Shown: in pieces, positions 13,068-27,063 of the stretch
Layout of the letters: each line of letters begins with the position of its first letter
Numbering within the stretch: position 1 is the stretch's first letter
Assembly: GCF_018977255.1 (NCBI RefSeq)
Contig: NW_024704743.1
Location: 106,394,001 to 106,458,000 of the forward strand
Direction of reading: 5' to 3'
Length of the DNA stretch: 64,000 nucleotides
Source: Callorhinchus milii
Lineage: Eukaryota
Made by a program: the position numbers and the translations under genes
Notes under the pieces: generated by a model
What the model was told of the DNA's origin: nothing
Database searches by the model: none
The model's input: only the letters and a program-made list of their open reading frames with translations

Positions 13068-13132
13068 CACGTGTGGTTCGCTAATTTGCATCATTGTTGA
13101 AGTTCAATATGTGTGTGTGAAGTCATTTCCTG
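13068..13132. promoter_or_regulatory. Candidate haematopoietic/B-cell intronic enhancer motif cluster
   Basis: CACGTG 13068-13073, RUNX TGTGGTT 13072-13078, octamer ATTTGCAT 13084-13091, ETS ATTTCCTG 13125-13132. Motif evidence only. Confidence 0.35.
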
Positions 13133-14523
13133 AGCAGAAGCTATCAGAACTCCCACGTAGGTCCTTTGGACACCAGATGACTTCAACAGCGGATCTGCTG
13201 CTGTAAACTTGTGAACTCTGTACTGTGTAATCTTCCTGAGCTCCTTCCAGTATATGCATTTTCCTTCCTGTTACAAAGAACAAATGCAAGATAATTGCCT
13301 TTCCTTTCAGCCCTGAAAACAAATGGAAAACGTTTATCACATTTATCAACAGGAGAGAAGTGTAGTTCGAATGTTGGGTGGGAGGCGGAATGGGGGAATT
13401 ATCTCAGGAATCATCTCAATGGGTTCTTGTGGGCCTTTTGCTCATCAAGTATTTTGGGATGTTTCCTACGGGACCAACTCATGTATACAAGTTGCTGTAT
13501 TGGAATTTGAAAGACATTCCAAAAAATTATTGTTTATTATTTTGATTGTCTCAGAGCAGCATTGTTGTGGGTCATTGTGATACTGTTCTTGTTACAACAG
13601 CAGCAACTTGCATTTATACAGCGCCCTTCATGCGGGTAACATCTCAGAGAGGTAAGAGTCCCCATTATCCAGAAAATGATAGTAAATAGCCCATCAAACT
13701 GGATAAATTACATCCTCTGTAGATCACCACGTATTGCACACTGACCTTCGAGAACTCAGCTCTGACAAGGGCATAGAATTAAAGAGAACAATACAGCACG
13801 GAAACAGACCATTTGGTCCAACTCGTCTGTGCTGGTGTTTATATTCCACATGAGCCATTGTCCTTGCCTCTCTTTCCTTCTCCCTCAATACGTTGATGCT
13901 TTTTTGCTTTAACTGCAGTTTCTAGCATTCTCACCACCCTCTCTCTGCGTGAAGACGTTCCTCTTAAATTTCCTTTTACATCAGCTACTGGCTATCCTAT
14001 ATTTACGCTTCCTCAATTTGAACTAGTGGAAACAGCCTGTCAACATCTACTTTATCAAATCTTTCATAGTCTTAAATACCTCTCTCAGGTTAAGCCCTCT
14101 GAGACACCATCCTGCGTGAAAGGCGCTATATAAATACAAGTTATTGTTGTCGTGCTCTCAGAATCATCTCATCTCCAGAGTGAAAAGCTCCAATCTGTCC
14201 AGTCTTTTTTGATAGCTGTATCCACTCATTCTCTGGATATTCTTAAACCAAAGTGCTTCCATGGGGGATGAAAACATGTTATCTGAAAGACTGCAATTAA
14301 TAGGTAGTCCTTTTGTCCAATTCAATATTTCATACTGTAGCCGAGGAAGGCAGACATTTTTGATTCTGCTTTGTGGTGGATCTTGAATGTGGACTTAGTG
14401 CTGTGCTGCTTTGTTTGCTGAGTTTAGATGATTTGACCCTGTATGCTTGTAAATTATGGTAACCGCAATTTGAATTAGAAATAATGTTTTATACGTAAAA
14501 CTTAATTCTATATCTAAAATTAG

Positions 14524-15049
<526 letters not shown>

Positions 15050-15194
15050 TGAAATTATCCACATTACCAAATGCTATTTTGTAGAAAAAATGGCTAATTT
15101 TCATTTGGACAACAGTGGAAGTTACATTAAGGTATAGAAAACATTTCACTTTTGACACCCCAAGCAGCATCATGTAGAATTGGTCATGTGTAAG

Positions 15195-15535
15195 ATAATA
15201 ATAATAATAATAATAATAATAATCCTTGCATTTGATATAGCGCTTTTCACATCTTCTCGATGTCTCAAAGTGCTTCACAGAATATACTGTAAAATGAATT
15301 GACTGTATATTTGTGGGCGAACGCGGCAGCCAATTGCACACAGCAGTGGCCCACAAACAGTCGTAGATTGAAAATGACCAATTTATTATTGTTTCGTTTT
15401 GGAGGGATTATTATTAGGCGTGTGGAGTAAGGAAGGAGTAAGGAAACTTGCCCAAGGTTTCGCCCTGCCTGGAATTGAACTCAGGTCTTTCGCTTGCAAA
15501 GCGAGTGCTCTAACCACTGAGCAACAGGACTCCAC
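15195..15535 (-). mobile_element. tRNA-Ala-headed SINE, short form
   Basis: Long (TAA)n tail and intact head; 11-nt internal duplication ggagtaaggaa. Confidence 0.92.
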
Positions 15536-15571
15536 ATGAGTTATCGGAAGCTTTATTCTATACTTTATTCT

Positions 15572-16400
15572 ATGAAGTATAATGTATAAGTGCAAAGTCA
15601 TCCACCTCGGTAGCAAAAACAGTAGAGCAGGTTATTTTTTAGAAGGGGAGAGATTGGAATGTGTTAGTGTCCAGAGGGACTTGGGTGTCCTTGTACACCA
15701 ATCACAGAAAGTTAGTCTGCAGGTGCAGCAAACAATTAGGAAGGCGAACGGTATGTTAGCATTCATTATGAAAGGATTAGAGTATAAGAGTAGGGAAGTC
15801 TTGCTGCAACTGTATAGGGCCCTGGTGAGACCACACCTGGAATATTGTGTCCAGTTTTGGTCTCCTTATTTAAGGAAGGATGTACTTGCCTTGGAGGGGG
15901 TGCAGCGTAGATTTACTAGGTTAGTACCAGGGATGAAGGGGATGAGTTACGAGGATAGGCTGACCAATTTGGGCCTATATTCTCTGGAATATAGAAGAAT
16001 TAGAGGGAATCTTATAGAAACCTATAAGATCATCAAAGGGCATGATAGAGTAGATAGTGGGAGATTGTTTCCCCTGGTTGGAGAAACTAAAACCAGGGGT
16101 CACAACCTTAAAATCAGAGACCAGCCTTTTCGCACTGAGTTGCAGAAGAACTTCTTCACTCAAAGGGTGGTGAATGTATGGAACTCACTACCCCAAAGGG
16201 CTGTTGACGCTCAGTCCTTGAACATATTCAAGACTGAGATAGATAGATTTCTTATTGCAAAAGGGATTAAGGGATATGGGGATAAGGCAGGGTTAGGTTA
16301 TTAGCTGGAGTTAGATTAGAAGATCAGCCATGATTGAATGGCGGGGCAGGCTCGAAGGGCTGAATGGCCTACTCCTGCTCCTACAAATTATGTTATGTTA
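15572..16400 (+). mobile_element. 5'-truncated CR1-clade LINE with open ORF2 C-terminus
   Basis: 240-aa ORF (KCKVIHLG, DLGV, LYRALVRPHLEYCVQFWSP, NFFTQRVVNVWNSLP), then a 3' UTR (ggctcgaagggctgaatggcctactcctgctcct) and (TTATG)n. Confidence 0.93.
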
Positions 16401-16633
16401 TACAACAGCAACTTGGATTTATATAGCGAATCTCATGCAGGGTAGCATCCCAGAGTGCTATACCTACTTTCCATGAACAAATACCCTTCACTCCAAAGTG
16501 TGCTGTATACCGAGGGCAAGACTGAGTATTTGTAACTGGAATTGTGAATATAAAAACTTGGCCATATTGAAAGTGCTGTGTTCCAGGCAGTGCTTTGGTT
16601 CCACTCTGAATTTTGGTGTATTTTTTCTTTCAG

Positions 16634-16783
16634 GCAGTTACTCGCTGTCTCTGCAGGATTACGATCACCAGATAGGCGAGGTAGTAAAGCACTATAAGAT
16701 CCGATGCCTGGACAGTGGAGGCTATTACATCTCGCCCAGAATTACATTTACTGATTTAAATGAGTTAATTCAACATTATGAAA
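16634..16783 (+). CDS. LYN: LYN coding exon 6 (SH2 C-half)
   Basis: tttcag|GC...GAAA|gtaagt, 150 nt. [49 protein letters not shown]. Confidence 0.96.
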
Positions 16784-17296
16784 GTAAGTGAATTTATTTT
16801 GTATGGTTACGTGACTGAAATCTGAGAGTGCCACAGATCAATGTGGAAACACAATGATGTAATGTGGGAAGGAACTCCAATTGTTGACCATTTGGAAAAC
16901 TTGCGGCTTGCGAGTGTACTGGGCCCTGTTGGACGAAACAGTCTCATTAGTTCAAGCTCTTCCCCCATTTGAATTTGCAAAGAGGAATCTCTTGATTTGT
17001 AGTTCCCAGTTTGGCAAAGTCTGAAAAAAGACTTGCTTGACATGGTATTTTTTTGCACTTTGTCAGTTTGGGTTCGCACTCTACTAACCAACCAAAAGCT
17101 GTAGTTAATGTAATTTATCCATTTTGTGAATATCACAAATTCTGCACCCAAGGTAAAAAAAAATTAATTCTGGATGCAAAGTATTTGCAGTCATTTCAAC
17201 AAGGAAGCAAAGTGTCTGTGGTGGCTTTACATGTATAACACGTTACATAATGAACCTTGCCCTTCCCTGTTTTGCTGAGGAGCATGAATGTTCAAT

Positions 17297-17790
17297 AACA
17301 TTTATCTAGTTCTCTTCATGTCGGGAGGATGTCCCAATGCTTGGTCAGTCCAGAGTTTGCACCCAAGTTGGCATTTGGTGTTTTAAGAGGTGTGGAGGGC
17401 AAAAGGGGAGGGGGGAGACATTGAGCAGGACATTGCCCTCTGAGCAGACAGGTTGGTAACGATTTAGTAGGTCCCAGTGGTAGGGAGGAGCAAGACTATG
17501 GAGGGATTTAAAAGTGAAGAAAAGGATCTTAATTGATGGGGCAGTCAGTGAAGAAGGGGGTGATTGGCTCATGGAGCTTAGTGCGGGAGAAGACATGAGA
17601 TTCAAAGTTCTGAATAATCTGCATCTTGTAGAGGAAAGAGTTGGGAAGTCCGGTGAGCAGGGTGTTAGACTAGGCAAGCCTGCGGATGAGGGTCTCGGCA
17701 GCCTGAGGGGAGAGGTAGTGGCTGAGGCGGGCAATATTGTGGAGGTGGGGAAAAACGACAGAACGGATCATGGCATGGATGTGGAGTTTA
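17297..17790 (-). mobile_element. Degraded L2 LINE 3' fragment
   Basis: Remnant peptides KILFFTFKSLHSLAPPY and the L2 tail in reverse orientation. Confidence 0.75.
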
Positions 17791-17794
17791 AAAT

Positions 17795-18445
17795 ACACAC
17801 TTTCATTACATCGAGGCTTGACTATGCAAACTCACTGCTTGTTGGCCTCCCCAACTCCTCCCTCCACAGGCTGCAGATCATCCAGAACTCTGCGGCCCGT
17901 GTCCTCTCCCGCACTAGGCTCCGCGACCCTATCACCCCCATCCTTGCCCAACTCCACTAGCTTCCCATCACACAAAGGATACAGTTCAAGATCCTGATCT
18001 TCACCTTCAAAGCCCTCCGCGGTCTTGCTCCTCCCTACCTCTCTGACCTCCTAACCCCCTACCACCCGTTCACTCCCTCCCCTCAGCAGGCTCCGTCTTG
18101 CTCGCCCCACTATCGATGGGTGGGCCTTCCGCCACTCTGCCCCCACCCTCTGGAACTCCATCCCGCAGACCCTCCACATCACCCCCTCCCTCGCCACCTT
18201 CAAGACCCACCTCAAGACCCTAATCTTCAACCGTGCTTTCGATCTCCCTGCTTCCCCTCCAGCGCCTTGGGACGTCCTCCTGACGTGAAAGGCGCTTTAT
18301 AAATGGAATCTTGTTGTTGTTGTTGTTGTTGCCCTCCACCCTCCCCCACCCTGACCGCCAGCTCAGGTCCGAAACTCTGTCCAGCACCTTGGGACTTCCT
18401 CCTGATGTGAAAGGCGCTATACAAATATAATTTTGTTGTTGTTGT
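17795..18445 (+). mobile_element. L2 LINE 3' fragment with two tandem 3' tails
   Basis: HTFITSRLDYANSLLVGLP...[12 protein letters not shown]; tail plus (TTG)n ends at 18330 and a second tail plus (TTG)n ends at 18445. Confidence 0.88.
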
Positions 18446-18637
18446 TAAAAGACAGTTGAGGGTCGAACAAGGTACCAAGGTTCCATAAAGGCTCAGTGAG
18501 GTGGAGAGTATATTCATAAATAGTGATGCTGTCAGTGCCTGAGGTGAGGAGGCACTGATGGGAGGCAAACAGAAGTGTCTCAGTTCATATAGTAATGGTG
18601 GGGTTGTGTTTAATATTTACCTGCTTCTGATGCTTGA

Positions 18638-18817
<180 letters not shown>

Positions 18818-21205
18818 TGAACTCATTAATATTGCAAGTGTGTGAAGAGCAAAACTGGAAACCATATCAAACTGGACCAGTACTGTTTGTACTCAGCTAA
18901 AATGGAAGGTGTCGAAAGAGAAAGTGGTGTTTGAGAAATGCGAGAGTGGTGGGTTAGAGCTGCTACAATGGCATCAGCTGTGAACCTAAATGATGTGTTT
19001 TGACATACTTTGTACTGCACTTTGTGTTCATATGCAAATCGTTCTTTAGGTAGATAACCCATTTGACTCTTTTAAAGTAGATCAGCTACCAGCTTTCATT
19101 ACCCAGTTCTCTTCCTTTCCCCACGCCCCCCCATCCCTCTCTCCCCCAATGTCAAAAGCCGACATTTGGGACACTAACAACTCAGGTCGTTAGTTAGCGA
19201 CTGACCTCTTTGACTGCATTTATCAACAATGTGATATTTAACATTGATAGTTATCAACCACAACTTTTAATTTTAACTCCAGTAGCTTAAAACCACAGTA
19301 ATGCACATTAAAGTAGTAATGACTAGAATGTGGAAATTTCATCCTAGATTTAAATGGTTCAACGTTCATACTATCGCCTTAAATAAGCTTAACGTTGGTA
19401 AACATTTAACTTTTATAGAGTGAAGAAATGAGTATAATTCCAGGAAGTTACTCAGGTCTTTAGAAATCAAATATTTAGTGCAGTCTGAAGTGCAAGATGT
19501 TTCCTCTAACTTCAGCAGCTGAATTGACGTGTATGTTGGATGAAAAAAAAATTCCTTTGGTAACTTGGGAATATAGTGGGGAAGTTGATGTAGGGCATTG
19601 TGCATTTCCTCCTTGGCAATTCCTCTGCTTGCATTTTACTGGACCTGCAGCACAGGCTTATTTAGGGTAACTCATAGAGCGTGAAAAAAACTAACAACCT
19701 TTGGGCATCTTCATCCTGGATTTCTTCCACAGCTCACCGAAAACAACAGCAGCAACAATTTACATTTACCCAACGTTTTTTGCATCAGGAAGACATGTTA
19801 AATTGACCAAATGCAAGTCCTTATCAAATCAATCTGTTTATAAATTTAAATTTATTTCTGTCACTGAAACTGTCTTTACACAGAAAGTTTTAGAAATCAA
19901 TTATAATCCTTACATTTGGTATAACACCTATCACGTCAGGAGGATGTACCAAAAAACTTCACAGGATATGTTGTGGTGTGTTTTTGTGGGCAAATGCGCG
20001 TAGTTTTTGTCCCAAAGTTTGCTGCACGTGTGATCATTTTGTAACTTATTGTACATTTGGAGCAAAGGGAATTCTATCTAGCTGTGTTGGTAGTGCCATG
20101 TCCCTATGGAATCGGTGCATGTAGGATGATGGACTAAGAGCTGTAGGAAGATTCATCTTTGTCGATTTGTATAGTCTTAAGACAGTACAATTTTGCACTT
20201 AATGTGGTATTTATCACATGATCCAGCAATAGGGCTTCATTTACCCCCTTTATTCCGCACACTGTTCACAATGACGATGTCTGAGATACCAGGTTTTGAC
20301 TGATGGAATTGCAGTCTGGACCTGCCGGTTAGTGAAATGCTGGAATTTAGAAATTTTGTTCAGTGAAAGACCTGTTTATGGTCTCCTTTTAACCAGCCAA
20401 TGCTTCACCACAGACCTGGCTTCTCAGACAGTCATTGAGAATAATCTTTGAAGGCAGGGGTTCCACCTCCTACTCCTCTTCCTCTACAGACCTGCAAAAA
20501 GGACCCTAGATTTCCTGAGTAAAGTTTCTGATACTTTCTCAATGATTGTATGTTGTCACGGGGAAAATATAACAAAGGTCTGAGATGATCAAAGTCTTCT
20601 AAAAATTGTCACAATTCTTATTCTCCTTTCTACCCCCTTCCTTTCTCACACACACAAACACGGACCAAATTACTAGATGTTGGTGACACATACAGACACT
20701 GCTATGACATAAGGAACTTTAGCTGATAACTTTTTTTTATAAAACCAAGTCATAACCTTGTGATTTCAGAGAAACTGACTCATGTCAACTCAGAATATTG
20801 GGGTTTATTCATCCTACCTTCATCGAGCTCAATTTCATTACTTTCAAATACTATAACTTCCCCTTACCATCCTTGTTCAGAGATGTTCGAAATGAACAGA
20901 GGTCCGATTTGCAGACCCAAAAAATGCCGGATCAATGCACAGTAGTCTGCTCTGTTGTGATCTACTTCAGGATTCCTGCAAATCAAGAGGAGTTCTAACT
21001 GGATTTTGTATTTAGAATTAATGCATCCTTCTGTTATATATGAGTTTTTGGCTGGAGCCAACACCTGCTGACACTTACGAACCGAATGAAGGTTTGTTAT
21101 ATTCAGATATAATGTAAACTGTATATGAAGCATTTTAGCTCCTGAGCAATTGTAGAACATTGATTTTAATATGGCCACATGAATGTGACTGCTGCATGGT
21201 TTCTA

Positions 21206-21406
21206 AGTTGGGTGGTTTCCTGCCCCATGGGCCTTGGTCGAAAGTTGAAAGTCTAAAGCTGTCTGTAAAAAGCTGTCTTTTCCAAGAATTGTGAATGGCA
21301 TGTGTAGACTACAATTGGCAGGTCTTCATTACCCCATTCCTCGCAGTTTCCTTCAATTGTGAAGCATTGAAGAGCCAAGGCCCATAGGGCAGGAAACCAC
21401 CCAAGT
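21206..21406. mobile_element. Candidate MITE (non-autonomous DNA transposon)
   Basis: 30-nt inverted repeats at 21208-21237 and 21375-21404 with 1 mismatch; TA on both flanks (21204-21205, 21407-21408). Confidence 0.6.
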
Positions 21407-22371
21407 TAAAAAGGCTCAAGGACCAGATAAATTCAGACCACATGAAGTTGTGGTTAAATGATACCAGGGTTGTTTTAAACTACATGTAGGGGAAGGAAAT
21501 AACACCTGGGTCTATATTTATTGAATTTCCTTAACATTTCATAGCATCTAGAATTTGGTGAAGTGTTTAATCTTAACTCTTAAATTGGTTTTCGATACTT
21601 AAAGGAAAAGGCTTCAAAATTAAGGTTGGATTTAAGAATTTGCCAAAGGTAGCTCTGAAATGTTATGTTAATAGATTAAAACTACACCCAGGTGGAATTT
21701 CTCCTAGACAAAAGGATTGCAAAAAGGAAAAAACTGACATTAAAATCCTTCCTAGTCATTTATCTTTGCAGTGTGCATATGTATGGAAATGACTAAACTT
21801 TCTCTGTGCATCCTCAAAGTTTTGTTTTTTGCATTTTTTCCCTTCCCACCCACAAGTTTAAACTTTTAATTCCTATTGAAATAATCCACTGACAACAATT
21901 TACAAAGCATTGTTCTTTATTGCTACTGTGAACATGTGATAATAATGTTTTGAGGATGCCCCAGAAGAAGTTCAACAGCAAACCTAGCATAAAGCAGTTT
22001 ATCAATTCTTTTAAAAGTGAATTAGATAGTGCTTGTAAAAACAAAATATTGAGGGATATGGAGACCAGGAGCAGAGGGGAATTAGATTAAATGTTTATCT
22101 GGAGAAAACCTCCAGCACAGACATATGGGCCAAATGGCTGTAATGCTCTGATACTAACTCAGGATCTCACAGAGTAAAAACACCTCTGAATTGGGAGCTA
22201 CAGTATTTATTACTTCTCAGAGTTCCAAGCTACACTCCATAGAAATGAAGTATAAGCATTTCAGGCTGTCTGGAGAGATAGAATAACAATACTTCCTGTT
22301 GCAACTGAGAGATTGGTTTATGCTGCTAAAATGCTCCTTGTCTAATCATTAAATAAGCATTATAAGGAAAA

Positions 22372-22810
22372 ATAATGATTTAGTGCTCTTCATATCATGA
22401 GAACGGCTCAAAACAATTTACAGGATATAAAATTCAGTGACTGTGTATTTTGTAGACCAACACGGCAGTCAGTTTGCTCACAGCAATATCCAACAAACAA
22501 CCTTAAAGTGACCAATTTTACCTAGGGGATTCTTGGTCAGGATACTGGTCAGGACACTGGGAGAAACTCCCTTACTTCTGAATAGTGCCATAGAATTTTT
22601 AACATCCACCTGGACAAACAGAAAGGTCCTCGGTTTAACGTCTCATCCAAAGGACAGCACCTCCAACAACGCAGCACCGTCCTCTCCCCTCCCCCATCTG
22701 TACTGGAGTGTCAGCCTAGTCTGTATGAGGTTGAAGTCACAACATGGGACGTGAACCCACAACCTTCTGACTTGGAGGTGAGGGTGCTACCAGCTGAGCA
22801 AGGCCAACAC
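22372..22810 (-). mobile_element. Deu-domain SINE, near full length
   Basis: Same head and core as 8110-8541 and 39870-40272. Confidence 0.8.
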
Positions 22811-23893
22811 AAGATTATATACCTTGTACTGTTTTTCTCAATTTGAGATTCGATCACTGCTGGCAGTAAATTCATCTGAATGATAAAATGTTAATATTGT
22901 ATTCAACTTGTCCATATTGTGGTTCTGTAGAACAACATTTTCAGAGTCGTAGAGATTTTTATTGTTATTAAAATTCATAGAATAGCATCTTAAAGACTGT
23001 TAATAGCGCCTAATTAGAATGCATCATTGTAACAAAATGGTCAAAAGTTCCTATTTGATTTTAATTGGAAAATCTGCTATGGGTTCTTTTTTAAAAAGCA
23101 CCTGATTTTAAACTTGATCCAGACCTTCCTAATTTTTTCCTCTTTTTCACACCAGATGACCAAGTATAATTAATTTGCTTGGACATACTGAAGTGATGTT
23201 GTGGTTACAAATTCTTGACATTTCAAGGTTGATCTATGAACAATGGTTCCCAACTGCATCCGGAAATGTTGCAGCCTTTGGTTTCCCAGATGTTGTGCAA
23301 AAACGCCAGCCAACGTCATAGTGTCAGCACAAACCACCTGACTGCAACTTGGCTTTGCTGACTCAGTAAATCCTGCATAAATGGTCTTTGGTGTTTGCCA
23401 GTAAAGCTTCCTGATGATTCAAGTGGATGTTTTAGCATCTATCTGAGTAATTCTCCACAAACATCCGAACTGTGCTCAGCAAGGGGTGGGGAAGGGGGTT
23501 CACACAACTCGATTTCAATACCACTCTTGGAGGATTTCAGAATCCAAGCACATTAGCCATCATTAAAGCAATCATGAAAGCTAGTGAAATGATAAGCTTC
23601 ATCACAAGTTATAATTTGATATAGCGCCTTCTCACATCTTTGAGATGTCTCAAAGTCCTTCAGAATATACTGTAAAGTGAATTGGCTGTATATTTTATGG
23701 GCAAATTGATAAGCATTGGCAAGATAGAGAATGGCTTTTCCCTCCAGTGGGGGAATCAAAAACAAAGGGGATTGAATGTTAAAATTAGAGGCAAGCTGTT
23801 CAAAAGTGAATGTAGGAAACCTTATTAAACACAAAGGGTTGAGAGAATATGGAAAGTATCACCCCAGAAAGTCCAAGATGCAAACTTAGTTAT

Positions 23894-24186
23894 TAATAAT
23901 AATCCTTGCATTCTCAACGTCTCAAAGCGCTTCACAGAATAGACTGTAACGTGAATTGACTGCATATTTGTGGGTGAAACGGGCCAGGCAATTGCACACA
24001 GCAGTGTCCCACAAACAGTCGTGGATTAAAAAATGACCAATTTATTATTGTTTTTTGTTTTTGGAGGGCTTATTAATAGACGTATGGAGTAAGGAAACTT
24101 GCCCAAGGTTTCGCCCTGCCTGGAATTGAATCCAGGTGTCTCACTTGCAAGGCGAGTGCTCTAACTACTGAGCTACAGGACTCCAC
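23894..24186 (-). mobile_element. tRNA-Ala-headed SINE, short form, adjacent to an old CR1 fragment
   Basis: Family match; CR1-like sequence at about 23720-23890 and a CR1 tail at about 24535-24660. Confidence 0.88.
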
Positions 24187-25090
24187 AGATTAAATCAACA
24201 TGGAATCCTAGAAATATACATTGCAGAAGGCGGCCATGATGATGCAATCAAGGAAGGGGAGATTTATTGTTGTTGTTGTTTCCTGTAGAATACTGGAGCA
24301 AAATGCTGAACTTTTTTAAATGGAAATGAAACTTGCTGGTATAGGCTTCTCTAATTTCAAGGGGGAAGGAATACAAAATTTAAAAAATATCCAAATTGTA
24401 ATGCAACAGAGCATTGGTGATTGCTCACCAGTCATTTAGATTGGTGAATTTCACTTCTGAATAAAAGACATAACACTTTCTGAATGCATGTATTTCTGAA
24501 CATTTTTCCCTGAATTGTGATCACAGGACTAAAAAACTAAAGGAATTAAGGGTAAATGGAATTAGGTTAGTGGATCAACCATGATCTTATTAAATGGGGG
24601 GGTAGGCTCGAGGGGCCGAATGGCCTACTCCTACTCCTATTTCTTATCTTCTTATGTTCTTTTGCAGTGGGTTGAATTGTTGTGCTACAGTATAAATCCA
24701 TTGGATTTGACGCTGATCATTTCAACAGCAGCAGCAACATTTATATCTATATGCATAGTCCTCTTCATGCAAAGTTAGCATCTTGGAGCTCTTCTTAAAC
24801 ATAGTGAGATGCCATAGGGCAGTTAGTCGCTTTGCATCAACCAGTTGCATTATGGTATCTCACTATGAATTGAATGACCAGTTATCTGGGGGTTTGTTAG
24901 CCAGGACATTGGGATAAAACTCCATTCTCTTATTGGATAGTGGCATCTTATGGTATCTCTAATGTCCACCTGACTTCAGTTTAACATCTCACCTGAAGGA
25001 CTGCACCTCCAGGTCTGATTAATGGAAGTTTATCTGTAAAATGTATAACTTATGCCATTCTTAATTTGTGTGTCAGTCAGCAAAGTATGA

Positions 25091-25339
<249 letters not shown>

Positions 25340-25429
25340 TAGTCTATACATTAATAGACAGTGCATTTATTTTTTATTTAGGTTAGGAAACCAAGTCTGT
25401 CTAAATATTGGACTCCAAAATTAATAATT

Positions 25430-25688
25430 TTGCCCCCACCCTCTGGAATTCCATCCTACAGTCCCCTCCGCCTTGCCCCTCCGTCGCCTCCTTCAAGACT
25501 TATATCAAAACCTCCTCTTCGACTGTGCTTTTGATCACTTTCCTTCCCCCCCCGCCCTTCACCCTCCCTCCCTGCCCTTCACCCTCCCCAATCCCGAACC
25601 CCAGCTCAGGTCCGAAACACAACTGTCCAGCGCCTTGGGACGTCCTCCCGATATGAAAAGCGCTATACAAATGTAATTTTGTTTTGTG
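25430..25688 (+). mobile_element. L2 LINE 3' end fragment
   Basis: APTLWNSI... coding remnant plus the tail ccagcgccttgggacgtcctcccg. Confidence 0.85.
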
Positions 25689-26346
25689 TTTGACCTTTAT
25701 AAAATATTTTACAATGCGACTGTGCCCATTTAGCATCAAGCATTAGTGTCTTAAACGAGGAAGTGTTCTGATTTATATCACCTTCCCACAGGTAAGTCTT
25801 TATCTCCTTTGGTACATAATCAGAAAAATGCTATAATGAATCAGGGTAGTACTGTGCACCTTTTCAACCTTCCCTGTTCATTTATTAACCTGATAAATCA
25901 GATTAGGTGTTTACCTAATCTGTAAAGCCTTGAAGTACCTTAGTCTTTGCTTGCCTTTAAAAATATATCTCTTCCAATGTGGCTTTGCTCAATATAATAC
26001 TAATTAAAAATAATAATAAATATAATGGTAAAAATTATTTAAAAAATCATAACAAAATTACATTGGATATTGTGTCTTTCACATTGGGAGGATGTCTCAA
26101 AATGCTTCATAGGATATACTCTGAAGTAAAGTGACTGTATTTTGTAGACTAATGGGACAGTCAATTTGCGCAGTGCAGTGTTCCACAAATCTTCAAATCT
26201 TTATATGCGTGTTTGGGCTACTACATTTGAAAGTGATTTAATGCAAAAAAGGAATGCATGTTGTAATGTATTGTACGATGAATTATTTTCAAAACTGAAC
26301 GAGATACAGTTTTGTTAACTAAGGATATCTAGAAGAAGATATATAT

Positions 26347-26668
26347 GTGGAGTCCTATAGCTCAGTGGTTAGAGCACTCGCTTTGCAAGTGAGAGACCTG
26401 AGTTCAATTCCAGGCAGGGCGAAACCTTGGGCAAGTTTCCTTACTCCACACGCCTAATAATAATCCCTCCAAAAAACCAAAAACAATAATTAAATTGGTC
26501 ATTTTCAATCTACGACTGTTTGTGGGATATTGCTGTGCGCAATTGGCTGCCGCGTTCGCCCACAAATATACAGTCAATTCACTTTACAGTGTGTTCTGTG
26601 AAGCGCTTTGGGACGTCCTCCTGACGTGAAAAGCGCTATATCAAATGCAAGGATTATTATTATTATTA
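26347..26668 (+). mobile_element. tRNA-Ala-headed SINE, short form, full length
   Basis: A box tagctcagtgg, anticodon arm ctcgc-tttgcaa-gtgag, B box gagttcaattcc, (ATT)n tail. Confidence 0.93.
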
Positions 26669-26751
26669 TATCAAATTAACTGATGGCTGCTCCTGCCTGC
26701 TTTATGTTGCCAATTTTTTGAAGAGGCAATAGTGTGAATTTGATTATTTAA

Positions 26752-26922
<171 letters not shown>

Positions 26923-27063
26923 TAAACTGATGAGGACAAATCTCTTGTAACATTAAAAACTAAAACCCCAAAACACATTCAAAACTAAGTTTTGATTCCA
27001 TAAAATCAAATCAGTTTTATATTGAAGTGTTTAGATTGTTTTTTTTACATTGGAGCCCATGTA

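Noticed and set aside
17514..17960. 148-aa ORF
   Set aside because: Chance fusion of antisense L2 and sense L2 sequence across their junction.
26347..26420. tRNA-Ala(TGC)-like cloverleaf with A and B boxes, about 15 copies in the window
   Set aside because: Always fused to the SINE body and tail, with an imperfect acceptor stem and variable copies. These are SINE heads, not tRNA genes.
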